A stretch of DNA of 24,352 nt, taken from Myxococcales bacterium (GTDB lineage: Bacteria > Myxococcota_A > UBA9042). Of this stretch, positions 16,481 to 24,352 are shown piece by piece. Made by a program: the position numbers and the translations under genes. How positions within the stretch are numbered: position 1 is the stretch's first letter; every line of letters starts with the position of its first letter. The stretch is taken from NCBI GenBank assembly GCA_037441385.1, contig JBBISH010000099.1:1-24352 (forward strand). The letters run 5' to 3'. The notes below the pieces were generated by a model, which had not been told where the DNA came from, searched no databases, and saw only the letters and a list, made by a program, of their open reading frames with translations.

Positions 16481-19400
16481 TTACTTGATGCGCAGGACGC
16501 GCAGCCGCGCCTTGGCCGCAGCCGGCACCGTCACCGCCACCGGCACCTCGGCCTGGTCAGCAGACGCAGTCAGGGTCAGGTACTCCACGCCCCCCGACTT
16601 CAGGGTACCGTCGGCCTTGCCCACCGCCTTCATCGCGGGACCTGCCATCGCTTGGCCGTGGAAGGGGGCGTACACGTCGCCGCCGCGCGGTTTACCCGTC
16701 ACCGGATCCGTTGCGGCGGGCAAGAACGAGAAACACGGGTTACTGGGCGCAGTTCCGCCCTTCTCGGCGCGGTTGCTGGCGGCGAGTGCGGTGTAGAAGT
16801 CGACGGCCATGTCGCCAGGATCGGCCTTGCTCAGACTCGCGATGGTCGCGGCCACGGGCTCTTTGCCGTTCAAGAGGGCTTTGAGAAAGCCCGGGCCGCC
16901 CTTGTCCGCGATGCTGCCGTCTTTGGCCGCCAGGTCGCCCCCGCCGCGGTCGTAGAGCCAGCGGACGAACCAGTAGCTGACGCCGCGCAACACGCCGTCT
17001 TTGCTCGTGTCGTAGGCCGTGTGGTCCATGAGGGTGGCCGAGAGCGAGAAGTCGTTGATGCCGTCGAGCCCGGCCTTGGCCACGTACAGGTTGCCCGACT
17101 GGAAGCCGACCGCGTCTTGGGCAAAGGCGCCAAAACCCTCGATCATGTAAGAGCTATCGTCCCAAGTGGCCAACTTGTTGCGGAGCACCTTGCGGTTGAA
17201 GTGCATCAGGTGCCCACACTCGTGGGCGAGGATCTCTTTGATGGCTGCGGGCGTGTTGTAGGGCGGTTTGATGTTGGCCGGCGGGGTCAAGTACAGAAAT
17301 TCCCCCTGGTTGCCCTGGTAGCAGCCATCGAGCGGGGCCAGGTCGCAGGCGGTGAAAAAGGCGACCGCGGTCTTAGCCGTCAGCGGCGTGAACACCAGCC
17401 CGACGCGGCCGTCGCCGTCTTGGTCGGACTCTTGGCCAAACAGCTGCCGCTCGCGGGGGAGGATGAGGTCGTTGAAGTCTTTGAGAAAATCATCAATCAC
17501 TGCCACATCGAGCGTAGCCGGGTGAGCTGGGCTGACGTCGAGCCACACCACCGCGCGTTCGGCCACCGCCACCACCTTGGCGTCGATCACCTCGGTGCCG
17601 GTGCCCGTGGACATCACCAACTTGCGCACGGTGTCCAACGCCGGGGGCTGCCCAGTGGGCGGTGTTTCCGCCTGACCCGCCTGACCTTGCCAGCCCTGGA
17701 TCGCGCACCCCTTGACCAACTGCGCCTGCAGTGCGCTCGGGTCGCCCAAAGCTTCGCTGTCGCCCACTGCGACCGTGTACGCGTGCTTCTTGGAAGCCGA
17801 GGTCAGCTGCGTCGACGCCAGTATCAAGGCGAACTGCTCGGTGCCGCTCGGAGTGGCCAGGCGCACCCCGGCAAAGCCATCCGTGACCGTCACTTCGCCG
17901 ACTTCGCCCGGTTGGAGCGCCAACATACCCGGTTCCGCTGCGGCCGTGTCGGCGTCTTGCGCGGCCGTGCCACCGTCGCCCCCGGCGTCGGATCCTGTGG
18001 AATCTTGGATGGTTGCCGAACCATCCGCCCCGGCTTGGGTCGTTGGCCCGGCAGAACTGTCGCAGCCGAGCGCCGCCAAGGCCACAAGCATCGCCAAAGC
18101 CGCCCGCCGCCACCGCTGCCCAGCGTACAGGGCCAACAGCAAACCAAGCAGCACGCCGGCCGAACCGCCCCCTGTTCGCCCCGCGCGACACCCCCCTTCG
18201 GTCCGGGCAGGCGCAGCGACCGAGGCCTTTGCATCTGCAGCCCTATCTCCCCCAGACGTGCCCGCATCGGCCGCGGTATCGCCGGGGGCGGTGTCACCCG
18301 CTGCCGTGTCGCCCGTGGGGGCTGGCACGCAGGGCTCCAGCTCGTCGGGACCGCCCAAGCACAGCGTGCCTTGGATGCTATTGCCGGCCGCCGCACCATT
18401 GACCAGCATGACAAACACCTCGTCCACGCCCTGGCAGTCCACCATAACCGGGCTCCCAGACTGGGCAAACACCGGGTCACTCAGCTTGTTGCCCTTGCGC
18501 GTCAGCAGCGCCACCTGCAGGTCTACGGTCGGCTTGGTCGGCACCACGGCCAGCGCCATCTGGGTACGACCCGCCGGCGCCACATTCAGATACTGAGCCG
18601 ACGCCGAGAAAACCCGCATCGAGTCATCCACATACGGCGCATCGACCTTGCTCGTCGCCACCAACGGCAGCTCATTGCCGTGTGGGTAGCTGCGCTGCGG
18701 GTCCCAGCGCTTGCTGGTGAGCAGATTCCAGAACGCGAAAGTGGCCATCTCTTTGGGGAAAGTGGTCTTGTCGTCGCGCGGGAGCAGCGCTACCAGGGCC
18801 GGCAGCCACTCGGGGTTGGCCACACCTTGGGCACCGTTGCGGCAGTCCTCCCACAGTCGGCGCACCACGTCGTTGCCCACGCGCAGGTCCAGGAACATGT
18901 AAAACAGGCTCATGCCGTAAGAAAACGCGTCGACGGGCCCCAAGTTGGGCTTGTTGAGCGACCGCTCGGGGTGGTCCAGGTAGCCGCTGGCAAAGGCCTC
19001 GAAGTCGCTCAAACTGCTATCGAATCGCTCAGTCGCCCACACGGCCGTGCCCTCGACGAACTCGGTGCTTTGACCGGCATCGTAGGCCGCCTGCACGGCA
19101 TGGAAGAACTCGTGGCTCGCCAGGATGCGATTGGCGTAGTCGACCGACGGATAGCCGTAGCCGGCAAAGTCATTCTCTTGAATCATGAAGCCGGCGCAGG
19201 TGTCTTGGATGCACGACTCCTGCACAAAGCTCCCGTCAGCCTTCCCTGCAAAATCCAGCAGATATACGTCGAACTTGCCGTCGCCGCCGTTCTTGGCCTG
19301 CTTGGCGTCGCTCAGGGGCTCAAGAAAGCCCAGCGATTTGTAGAAGGCCAACACCTCTTCGTACAGCGCCGCGAGCTTCTGCACGTGGTCCGGCACGTTG

Positions 19401-19618
19401 TCGGCGTCGGCATCGCCCAACGGCACAGCGTGGTCGCCGGCGATGGTGTAGTGGAGCTTGAAGTGGCCGCCAACCGAGTCAAAGGTCAGGACTTTGTCGG
19501 TCGCGGCGTACTTGTAGATGTCGGTCTTGGTCGGAGCGTCGGGCCGGGCCAAGGCCGGGGCCGCCAGCAACCCCAGCAAGGCCGCAACGGCATAGCGCAA
19601 CAGCTTAAACTTGCTCAT
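16481..19618 (-). CDS. Double zinc metalloprotease: MXAN_6640-like domain + internal MYXO-CTERM/lipoprotein signal + second HEXXH domain, 1045 aa
   Basis: Signal peptide MSKFKLLRY..PALA-RPD; HEFFH (19100-19114) + EGTAVW; GGC..LLGLLLAL..RWRR then AALAMLVALAALGC; HECGH (17210-17224) + EGFGAF. Confidence 0.85.
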   Translation of the reverse strand: MSKFKLLRYAVAALLGLLAAPALARPDAPTKTDIYKYAATDKVLTFDSVGGHFKLHYTIAGDHAVPLGDADADNVPDHVQKLAALYEEVLAFYKSLGFLEPLSDAKQAKNGGDGKFDVYLLDFAGKADGSFVQESCIQDTCAGFMIQENDFAGYGYPSVDYANRILASHEFFHAVQAAYDAGQSTEFVEGTAVWATERFDSSLSDFEAFASGYLDHPERSLNKPNLGPVDAFSYGMSLFYMFLDLRVGNDVVRRLWEDCRNGAQGVANPEWLPALVALLPRDDKTTFPKEMATFAFWNLLTSKRWDPQRSYPHGNELPLVATSKVDAPYVDDSMRVFSASAQYLNVAPAGRTQMALAVVPTKPTVDLQVALLTRKGNKLSDPVFAQSGSPVMVDCQGVDEVFVMLVNGAAAGNSIQGTLCLGGPDELEPCVPAPTGDTAAGDTAPGDTAADAGTSGGDRAADAKASVAAPARTEGGCRAGRTGGGSAGVLLGLLLALYAGQRWRRAALAMLVALAALGCDSSAGPTTQAGADGSATIQDSTGSDAGGDGGTAAQDADTAAAEPGMLALQPGEVGEVTVTDGFAGVRLATPSGTEQFALILASTQLTSASKKHAYTVAVGDSEALGDPSALQAQLVKGCAIQGWQGQAGQAETPPTGQPPALDTVRKLVMSTGTGTEVIDAKVVAVAERAVVWLDVSPAHPATLDVAVIDDFLKDFNDLILPRERQLFGQESDQDGDGRVGLVFTPLTAKTAVAFFTACDLAPLDGCYQGNQGEFLYLTPPANIKPPYNTPAAIKEILAHECGHLMHFNRKVLRNKLATWDDSSYMIEGFGAFAQDAVGFQSGNLYVAKAGLDGINDFSLSATLMDHTAYDTSKDGVLRGVSYWFVRWLYDRGGGDLAAKDGSIADKGGPGFLKALLNGKEPVAATIASLSKADPGDMAVDFYTALAASNRAEKGGTAPSNPCFSFLPAATDPVTGKPRGGDVYAPFHGQAMAGPAMKAVGKADGTLKSGGVEYLTLTASADQAEVPVAVTVPAAAKARLRVLRIK

Positions 19619-19641
19619 GCTTTTGTTCCCGCTCGTCTGGG

Positions 19642-20484
19642 CTAGTCGAGGTAGGCCCAGCGCAAGCCCAGGTTGCCGCCTTCGCTGCCGGCCGGAATCG
19701 AGCCGCCACTGTCGCATTTGGCTTGCACTTCAGGCTGATAGTAGGTGACGACGCTGACCTTGACGTGGCGACCGTTGGCGAGCTGCAGGATGTACACAGT
19801 TCCGGTCATCTTGACGCAGTTGGTGTACTTCCAAAACGTGGCGAGCTGAGTGGCGGGCGTGCCCAGGCCCGACTTGTCGGCGACCACCTTGCAGCTGCTG
19901 TCGTAGTACGCCTCTGGCTTGAAGACAGCGGCATCTGGGACGGCGCTGACGTCGTCGAACTTGTTGGCCGAGCTGAGCTTGTAGGCGCTGACGCACGACG
20001 GGCCAGAGACGCCGCTGTTCAAGCGCACGATGAAGCGGCGGGCGGCCAGGTCCCAATCCTGTGACATAAAGGCCTTTTCGTCGCCGATGTTGACCTTGAC
20101 CAAGCCCTTGTCGGTGAACTTGGCGTAGACGTAGGCCTCGCTGGGCGAGGAACCGCCACCGCTGCTGTCCAGGGTGCTGACAAAGCCGTTGCCGTCGGCC
20201 ACGTTGTCGATGCTGCGGTCGCTGGCTTGTTTGAACAACGCCAAGTCCAGGATCTGATTGTCGGTGCACTGCGGTTCGACGGGGTCGCAGATGGGAGCGG
20301 CGGTCGTGTCTGCCGTGGCGGTGTCTTGGCTCGCGGTGTCGCTGCCAGCCGTGTCGGCGGCGCTGGCCGTGTCGCTGGTGTCGCCGCTTGGGCAATTGAC
20401 GCCGGGCGTGCACGCCGAGCCGCCCGCGTTGGCCGTGCATCCGGCCGCAGCGAGCACCATCACGAAAGGAACGAATCGACCCAT
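19642..20484 (-). CDS. hmuY: HmuY-family lipoprotein, 280 aa
   Basis: Lipobox AAGC, Asp/Thr/Ala linker, YVYAKF, DWDLAARRFIVRLNSGVSG, VYILQLANGRHVKV..YY and terminal LRWA motifs typical of HmuY. Confidence 0.78.
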   Translation of the reverse strand: MGRFVPFVMVLAAAGCTANAGGSACTPGVNCPSGDTSDTASAADTAGSDTASQDTATADTTAAPICDPVEPQCTDNQILDLALFKQASDRSIDNVADGNGFVSTLDSSGGGSSPSEAYVYAKFTDKGLVKVNIGDEKAFMSQDWDLAARRFIVRLNSGVSGPSCVSAYKLSSANKFDDVSAVPDAAVFKPEAYYDSSCKVVADKSGLGTPATQLATFWKYTNCVKMTGTVYILQLANGRHVKVSVVTYYQPEVQAKCDSGGSIPAGSEGGNLGLRWAYLD

Positions 20485-20531
20485 TGTTTTCCCTGCCCAG
20501 CGGCCACCACGGACCGGGCCAAAAGCGCGGC

Positions 20532-20592
20532 AGGATAGCACAGTCGGCTGTGCGGTGGCCACGGAAATCCCACATGCGACAGACTTTGTCGC
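20532..20592 (-). promoter_or_regulatory. Putative promoter/operator of the hmuY-protease pair
   Basis: Extended -10 TGCTATCCT (minus strand, 20532-20540), with inverted repeats at 20538-20553 and 20576-20592. Confidence 0.4.
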
Positions 20593-20602
20593 TTTGGGGC
20601 AG

Positions 20603-21304
20603 CTACTCGAACGGCTCCAGCGAGTACATCCGCACGGTCGCATCCGTCTTGGCCCAGTCTTGGCTGCCGTGGCGCCGCGTGAACACTTGCAGCTGGAACC
20701 AACGCCCGCACGACAGATGCACCGGCATGTTGATGAGCCAAAACAGCGGCTCGGTCATGGCGTACCAGCCGGGCGGCCCGGCGCGCACCAACTCCACCTG
20801 CCGCAGTGGCTTGGCGATCATCGTGTCGCAGCTGTACCAGGTGGCGGTCACCAGGTCCACGGTCGCGGTCGGCCCTGCATCGCCCAAGTCGACCTGCAGC
20901 CCCGTCAGAGCGTGCCCCGTGCCTTGGATGCCCTGATGCAGGCCCAACCAGCTGCCCTGATCCACCGCGAGCGCCTGGTCGTCCCACTGCACCAGCGCCG
21001 CGTGGGCGTGGTCCTCGGCGACTTTGCCGCCCGCGTGGAGCACTGGCTCGGGCCAATCCGTGGCGCAACCGTGGAAATTGGGAATCAGATCGCCCGGCAC
21101 TGCCACCGGTGCCGCACCGACCGGACACGTCGTGGGGTCGGGCAAATTCACGAACGTCGCGTCCGTTGCGGCCTGAGCGTCTTGGACAATAGCGACAGAA
21201 TCTGTCGCTTGGCCTGTTCCGTTGGCGCACGCCGCCAAAGCCAAGCTGACGAGCCACGCCGGCCGTCCAGCTTGCTGCCCTGCCCGCACTGGCGGCCACC
21301 GCAT
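20603..21304 (-). CDS. Hypothetical lipoprotein, 233 aa
   Basis: Lipobox LAAC after an Arg-containing N-terminus; starts 9 nt after the stop of the upstream TPR gene. No family recognised. Confidence 0.65.
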   Translation of the reverse strand: MRWPPVRAGQQAGRPAWLVSLALAACANGTGQATDSVAIVQDAQAATDATFVNLPDPTTCPVGAAPVAVPGDLIPNFHGCATDWPEPVLHAGGKVAEDHAHAALVQWDDQALAVDQGSWLGLHQGIQGTGHALTGLQVDLGDAGPTATVDLVTATWYSCDTMIAKPLRQVELVRAGPPGWYAMTEPLFWLINMPVHLSCGRWFQLQVFTRRHGSQDWAKTDATVRMYSLEPFE

Positions 21305-21313
21305 CGACTTGCC

Positions 21314-23335
21314 TCAGCCTTTGGGCCGTCCCCACCACCGCACGGCCACCGCCGCCACCAGCGACAACAGCAACGTCAGCGGCCACCACGGAAAACCGTC
21401 GCCGTCTTGGGACCTGGGTCCTTGAATCGGCGAGCCCTGGCCGCGATCACCAGTCGCCGTAGCGGCTTGCGCCGGGACCGCCTCCGCCGCCGTGGCCGCA
21501 GTCGGGCCATCGGTGGGCGTCGCGGCCCCCGGCAGCCAGATCTTGCCCTCGCGAACTTCGGCCGAGACAGGACGACCTTTTTGCTGATCCGGCTGGAACG
21601 GCGCGCGCTCGGGCCCAGGTCGGTCCCAATCAGGGGGCAATTCGCCGCGGCGCATGAACGCCAGCTCGGCCTCGACCCGCGCCGCCTTCTGCTTGGGGCC
21701 CACCGACCACGGCTGGGTGGTCATCGCCTCGTAGCGCACCAAGTCGGCGATCGCCAACGGCAGATTCACCGACCGCACGATCTGGCTGCGGCAGTAAAAC
21801 ACATCGGGATCCGAGGGGCCGATGTCGACCGCGTGCTGAATCAGCTTCTGGGCTTGCTCTTGGTGCCCCAGCCAAAAGTGCGCCATCGCCGTGTAGAGCG
21901 GGATGCGCGGGTCGCGATTGCCGCTGGTCACCAGCGCCTCGAGCTGCGGCAGCGCCTCTTCCAACCGGCCGGCATAGTAGGCGCGGGTCGCGACGATGAA
22001 GCGGGCGACCACGTCGTTCGATTCGGTGGCCGCCGCGCGCATCCGCGCTTCGATGGCCTGCAGGTCGGCCTTCTTGACCGGGTCGCGTCCCGCTTCGTCG
22101 GTCAGAAAGTTGATGAGCCCGGCGATGCGCCCCAGCACGATGTCGCGTTCGGGGTGCTTTTTGGACAGGTCATGCAACACCTCGATCGCCTTGCGGAACT
22201 GCCCCGAGCGCGCCAAGCCGGCGGCCAGCACGTCGTAGCCTTCGGGCGAGTCCGGGTGCAGCTCGATCATCCGCTGCGCGACCTTCTGCTCGGCGTCCGC
22301 GTCGTTGCTGGCGCTGGCCAAGCCGAACCGCAGCTTGAGCAGGTCGTCGCGCGGCTTGGCGGCTTTCAGCGGGCCTTGGTCGAGCAGCCGCGCCGCCTGG
22401 CCGAACGCCCGCGCCGCCGCCAGGGCTCGCACAGACGGCAGCACGTCGCAACCGGGCGGGTTGGCGCAGTTTTCGGCCTTCTGCACGGTAGCGGTGGGAT
22501 CCCCGGAAAGCGCCGGGACCGCGGCGGCGATGGCCCGCAAGTCCGCAGCATCCGGACCTTTGAAGCCAGCCTCGATCGGCATGGCCCGCGCCGCCAAAGC
22601 CTGGGTCAGCGCCGCGAGCGCCCACTTGAGCGAGTCGTCGGCCACGGCCCCGCGGGCCAACACCGCAAAATCGAATAACTCTTCGGGGGTCAGCTCGGCC
22701 GCGGGGCGGGCCTTGCGGGCCGTTTCCAAAGCAGCCGTCAGCGCCCGGTCATCGCGGGTCGCCAGGGCGCGGTGGGCGTCGAGGAGCGCCCCCAGGAATG
22801 CGCCGGCCGGCGAACCCGGTGGTGGACGAACCTGCTGCCACGGAATGGCTGCTTCGCCCTTCTCGACCCGCCCGGTCAGCTGCTGTCGGACGGCGTCGCG
22901 CTGGGCCGTGCAGGTCGCATCGCAAGGCGTCGCCCAGGCTTGCGGCCAATGCAGCGCGAACAGCAGCGTGCCCGGCTCGGTCGAGGCCGCCGAGCGCGCC
23001 GCCAGCTCGACCACCTCTTTTTGGGGGCCGCAGACGACCTCGGCCAGGACGCGCGTGGCTTCGAGCCTAAGGTCGCCGAGCCCACAACCCAAGGCGGCGC
23101 CGGCAAATTCGCGCCCGCCGGCTGTCAGCATGGCCTGGACCGCGGTGCTCGCCTCGGGAGCCAACACCCGCGGCCCGGTCGGGCCGAACACGACGTCGAA
23201 CCCGCCGTAAGGCTCTAACAATGCAGGTGGTTTTTCGGCGGCCTGCCCGGTCGCGACCGCACCGGCCCAGGCGATGGCCACCAAGGACAACGCACCCAGG
23301 CCGATGGGCCGCAACGCAAGGCAATTCATAGTCAT
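21314..23335 (-). CDS. Exported tetratricopeptide-repeat protein with C-terminal membrane anchor, 673 aa
   Basis: Signal-like N-terminus, TPR-like helices (HPDSPEGYDVLAAGLARSGQFRKAIEVL; AYYAGRLEEALPQLEAL; GPSDPDVFYCRS), C-terminal FPWWPLTLLLSLVAAVAVRWWGRPKG. Start overlaps the upstream stop (TAATG). Confidence 0.8.
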   Translation of the reverse strand: MTMNCLALRPIGLGALSLVAIAWAGAVATGQAAEKPPALLEPYGGFDVVFGPTGPRVLAPEASTAVQAMLTAGGREFAGAALGCGLGDLRLEATRVLAEVVCGPQKEVVELAARSAASTEPGTLLFALHWPQAWATPCDATCTAQRDAVRQQLTGRVEKGEAAIPWQQVRPPPGSPAGAFLGALLDAHRALATRDDRALTAALETARKARPAAELTPEELFDFAVLARGAVADDSLKWALAALTQALAARAMPIEAGFKGPDAADLRAIAAAVPALSGDPTATVQKAENCANPPGCDVLPSVRALAAARAFGQAARLLDQGPLKAAKPRDDLLKLRFGLASASNDADAEQKVAQRMIELHPDSPEGYDVLAAGLARSGQFRKAIEVLHDLSKKHPERDIVLGRIAGLINFLTDEAGRDPVKKADLQAIEARMRAAATESNDVVARFIVATRAYYAGRLEEALPQLEALVTSGNRDPRIPLYTAMAHFWLGHQEQAQKLIQHAVDIGPSDPDVFYCRSQIVRSVNLPLAIADLVRYEAMTTQPWSVGPKQKAARVEAELAFMRRGELPPDWDRPGPERAPFQPDQQKGRPVSAEVREGKIWLPGAATPTDGPTAATAAEAVPAQAATATGDRGQGSPIQGPRSQDGDGFPWWPLTLLLSLVAAVAVRWWGRPKG

Positions 23336-24126
23336 TACAGCAGCGTCACCGACTTGATGTAGTCCAGGTTGGGGAAGTCCTTCTTCAAGTAGGCATTGCC
23401 CTCGGACTGCACGCGCATCTGGTTGGGGCCGTTGCCGCCGGGCGCGCCTTCGCCGTACTCGGTGTTGACCTTGTCGACGACTTCCTTGCCCTCGATGACT
23501 TCGCCGAACGGGGTGAAGCCCATGCCGTCGAGCATCGGGTTGTCCTTGAAGTTGATGAAGAACTGCACCGAGCGCGAGTTGGGGATGCCCTTCTTGGCAA
23601 ACGTGATGCGGTACTTGTTGTTCGACTGCCCGATCGGCGGATCGTCGTCGATCGAGGCCTCTTTCCACACCGAGTTGACCGTGGGGTCGCCGTGGATGCC
23701 GAATTGGCACATGAAGCCCGCGACCGCGCGGAAGAACGCGATGTCTTGGAAGTAGCCGATCTTGACCAGGTTGTAGAAACGATCGACGCCCTTGGGCGAC
23801 CAGGCCTTGTGGATGGCCAGGACAAAATCGCCCTTGGTGGTCGAGACCTTGACCTTGAACTCGTCCGGCGCGGTCAGGTTGGCGACCTTGGGGTCCTTCA
23901 TGGCGGCGGCCGAGTCGACGTTGCCGGCAGCGGGAGCTGCAGCGGGGGCAGCAGCCGGGGCCACGGCCGCGGGTTCGGCGGGCTTGGCCGCCTCGACCGG
24001 CTTGGCGGGTTCGGCGGGCTTGTCGGCCGTCGGCGCAGCGGCCTCGGCGGGCTTGGGCGCTTCTTTGTTGCAGGCCATGGTGCTGACCAACAGGGCAGCA
24101 ACGGCAAATCGTGCCAGGTTTCGCAT
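23335..24126 (-). CDS. Cyclophilin-type peptidyl-prolyl cis-trans isomerase, lipoprotein, 263 aa
   Basis: GAGGAG RBS, lipobox-like TMAC, Ala/Pro/Lys/Glu linker, TTKGDF, WSPKGVDRFYNLV, FFRAVAGFMCQFG, QFFIN, PFGEVIEG. Confidence 0.93.
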   Translation of the reverse strand: MRNLARFAVAALLVSTMACNKEAPKPAEAAAPTADKPAEPAKPVEAAKPAEPAAVAPAAAPAAAPAAGNVDSAAAMKDPKVANLTAPDEFKVKVSTTKGDFVLAIHKAWSPKGVDRFYNLVKIGYFQDIAFFRAVAGFMCQFGIHGDPTVNSVWKEASIDDDPPIGQSNNKYRITFAKKGIPNSRSVQFFINFKDNPMLDGMGFTPFGEVIEGKEVVDKVNTEYGEGAPGGNGPNQMRVQSEGNAYLKKDFPNLDYIKSVTLL

Positions 24127-24352
24127 TTTTGCAGACTCCTCGTGGGATGCGCCGGCCACTGCGGCGACGGCGGCGGGTTGTGGTCGGGGTGGCCCAACCG
24201 GGTGGGTAGTCTCGGCATTTTCGCCGGCCGTGGCAAGGGTCCGCGGAGCATTGGGGTGAGGATCCCAAAACCGGGACCAACGCGCGGTAGGACGACAACT
24301 TGCGAAAACAAAGAAAGGGGGTACCTCTCGTTGTGCTAACCCCGCCCGCGGA

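Noticed and set aside
16652..19645. 997-aa plus-strand ORF
   Set aside because: Antisense shadow of the protease gene, explained by GC-rich codon bias; no recognisable motifs.
23930..24060. GGCGGGCTTG/GGGTTCGGCG repeats, and similar DTA-coding repeats at ~18270-18310 and ~20300-20385
   Set aside because: These are intragenic repeats encoding low-complexity protein linkers (KPAEPA, DTA), not independent DNA elements.
23336..24298. N-terminal extension of the 994-aa ORF 21314-24298
   Set aside because: It is an alternative frame over the cyclophilin gene. The real TPR start is at 23335 (or 23329), coupled by TAATG.

Overview
GC-rich bacterial chromosomal window, most likely Myxococcota. This is inferred from the AgmX/GltG-type, PEGA, IgGFc-binding, CDDGNPCT-repeat, MYXO-CTERM and HmuY-type proteins. 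It opens with the 3' part of tRNA-Asn(GTT) and its terminator, followed by six small detox/redox-type genes (DUF1801, SAM methyltransferase, PhnB-like VOC, RibD-C/DHFR-like, RutE-like nitroreductase, Old Yellow Enzyme). Next come several envelope genes, an unassigned 636-aa protein translationally coupled to a MaoC-type hydratase, tRNA-Val(CAC) and a DUF1636-like protein. The window ends with a minus-strand run: cyclophilin lipoprotein, TPR protein, lipoprotein, HmuY-like lipoprotein, and a 1045-aa double metalloprotease. No integrase, transposase or CRISPR array was seen. Two observations stand out. (1) The 1045-aa ORF looks like a bacterial polyprotein: signal peptide, HEXXH protease 1, an internal MYXO-CTERM whose basic tail doubles as the n-region of an internal lipoprotein signal (LGC), then HEXXH protease 2, all downstream of an HmuY-like gene. 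(2) The 636-aa protein shows what look like two degenerate nitroreductase-fold repeats and overlaps the MaoC gene by ATGA. All family calls are by eye; no database search was run.
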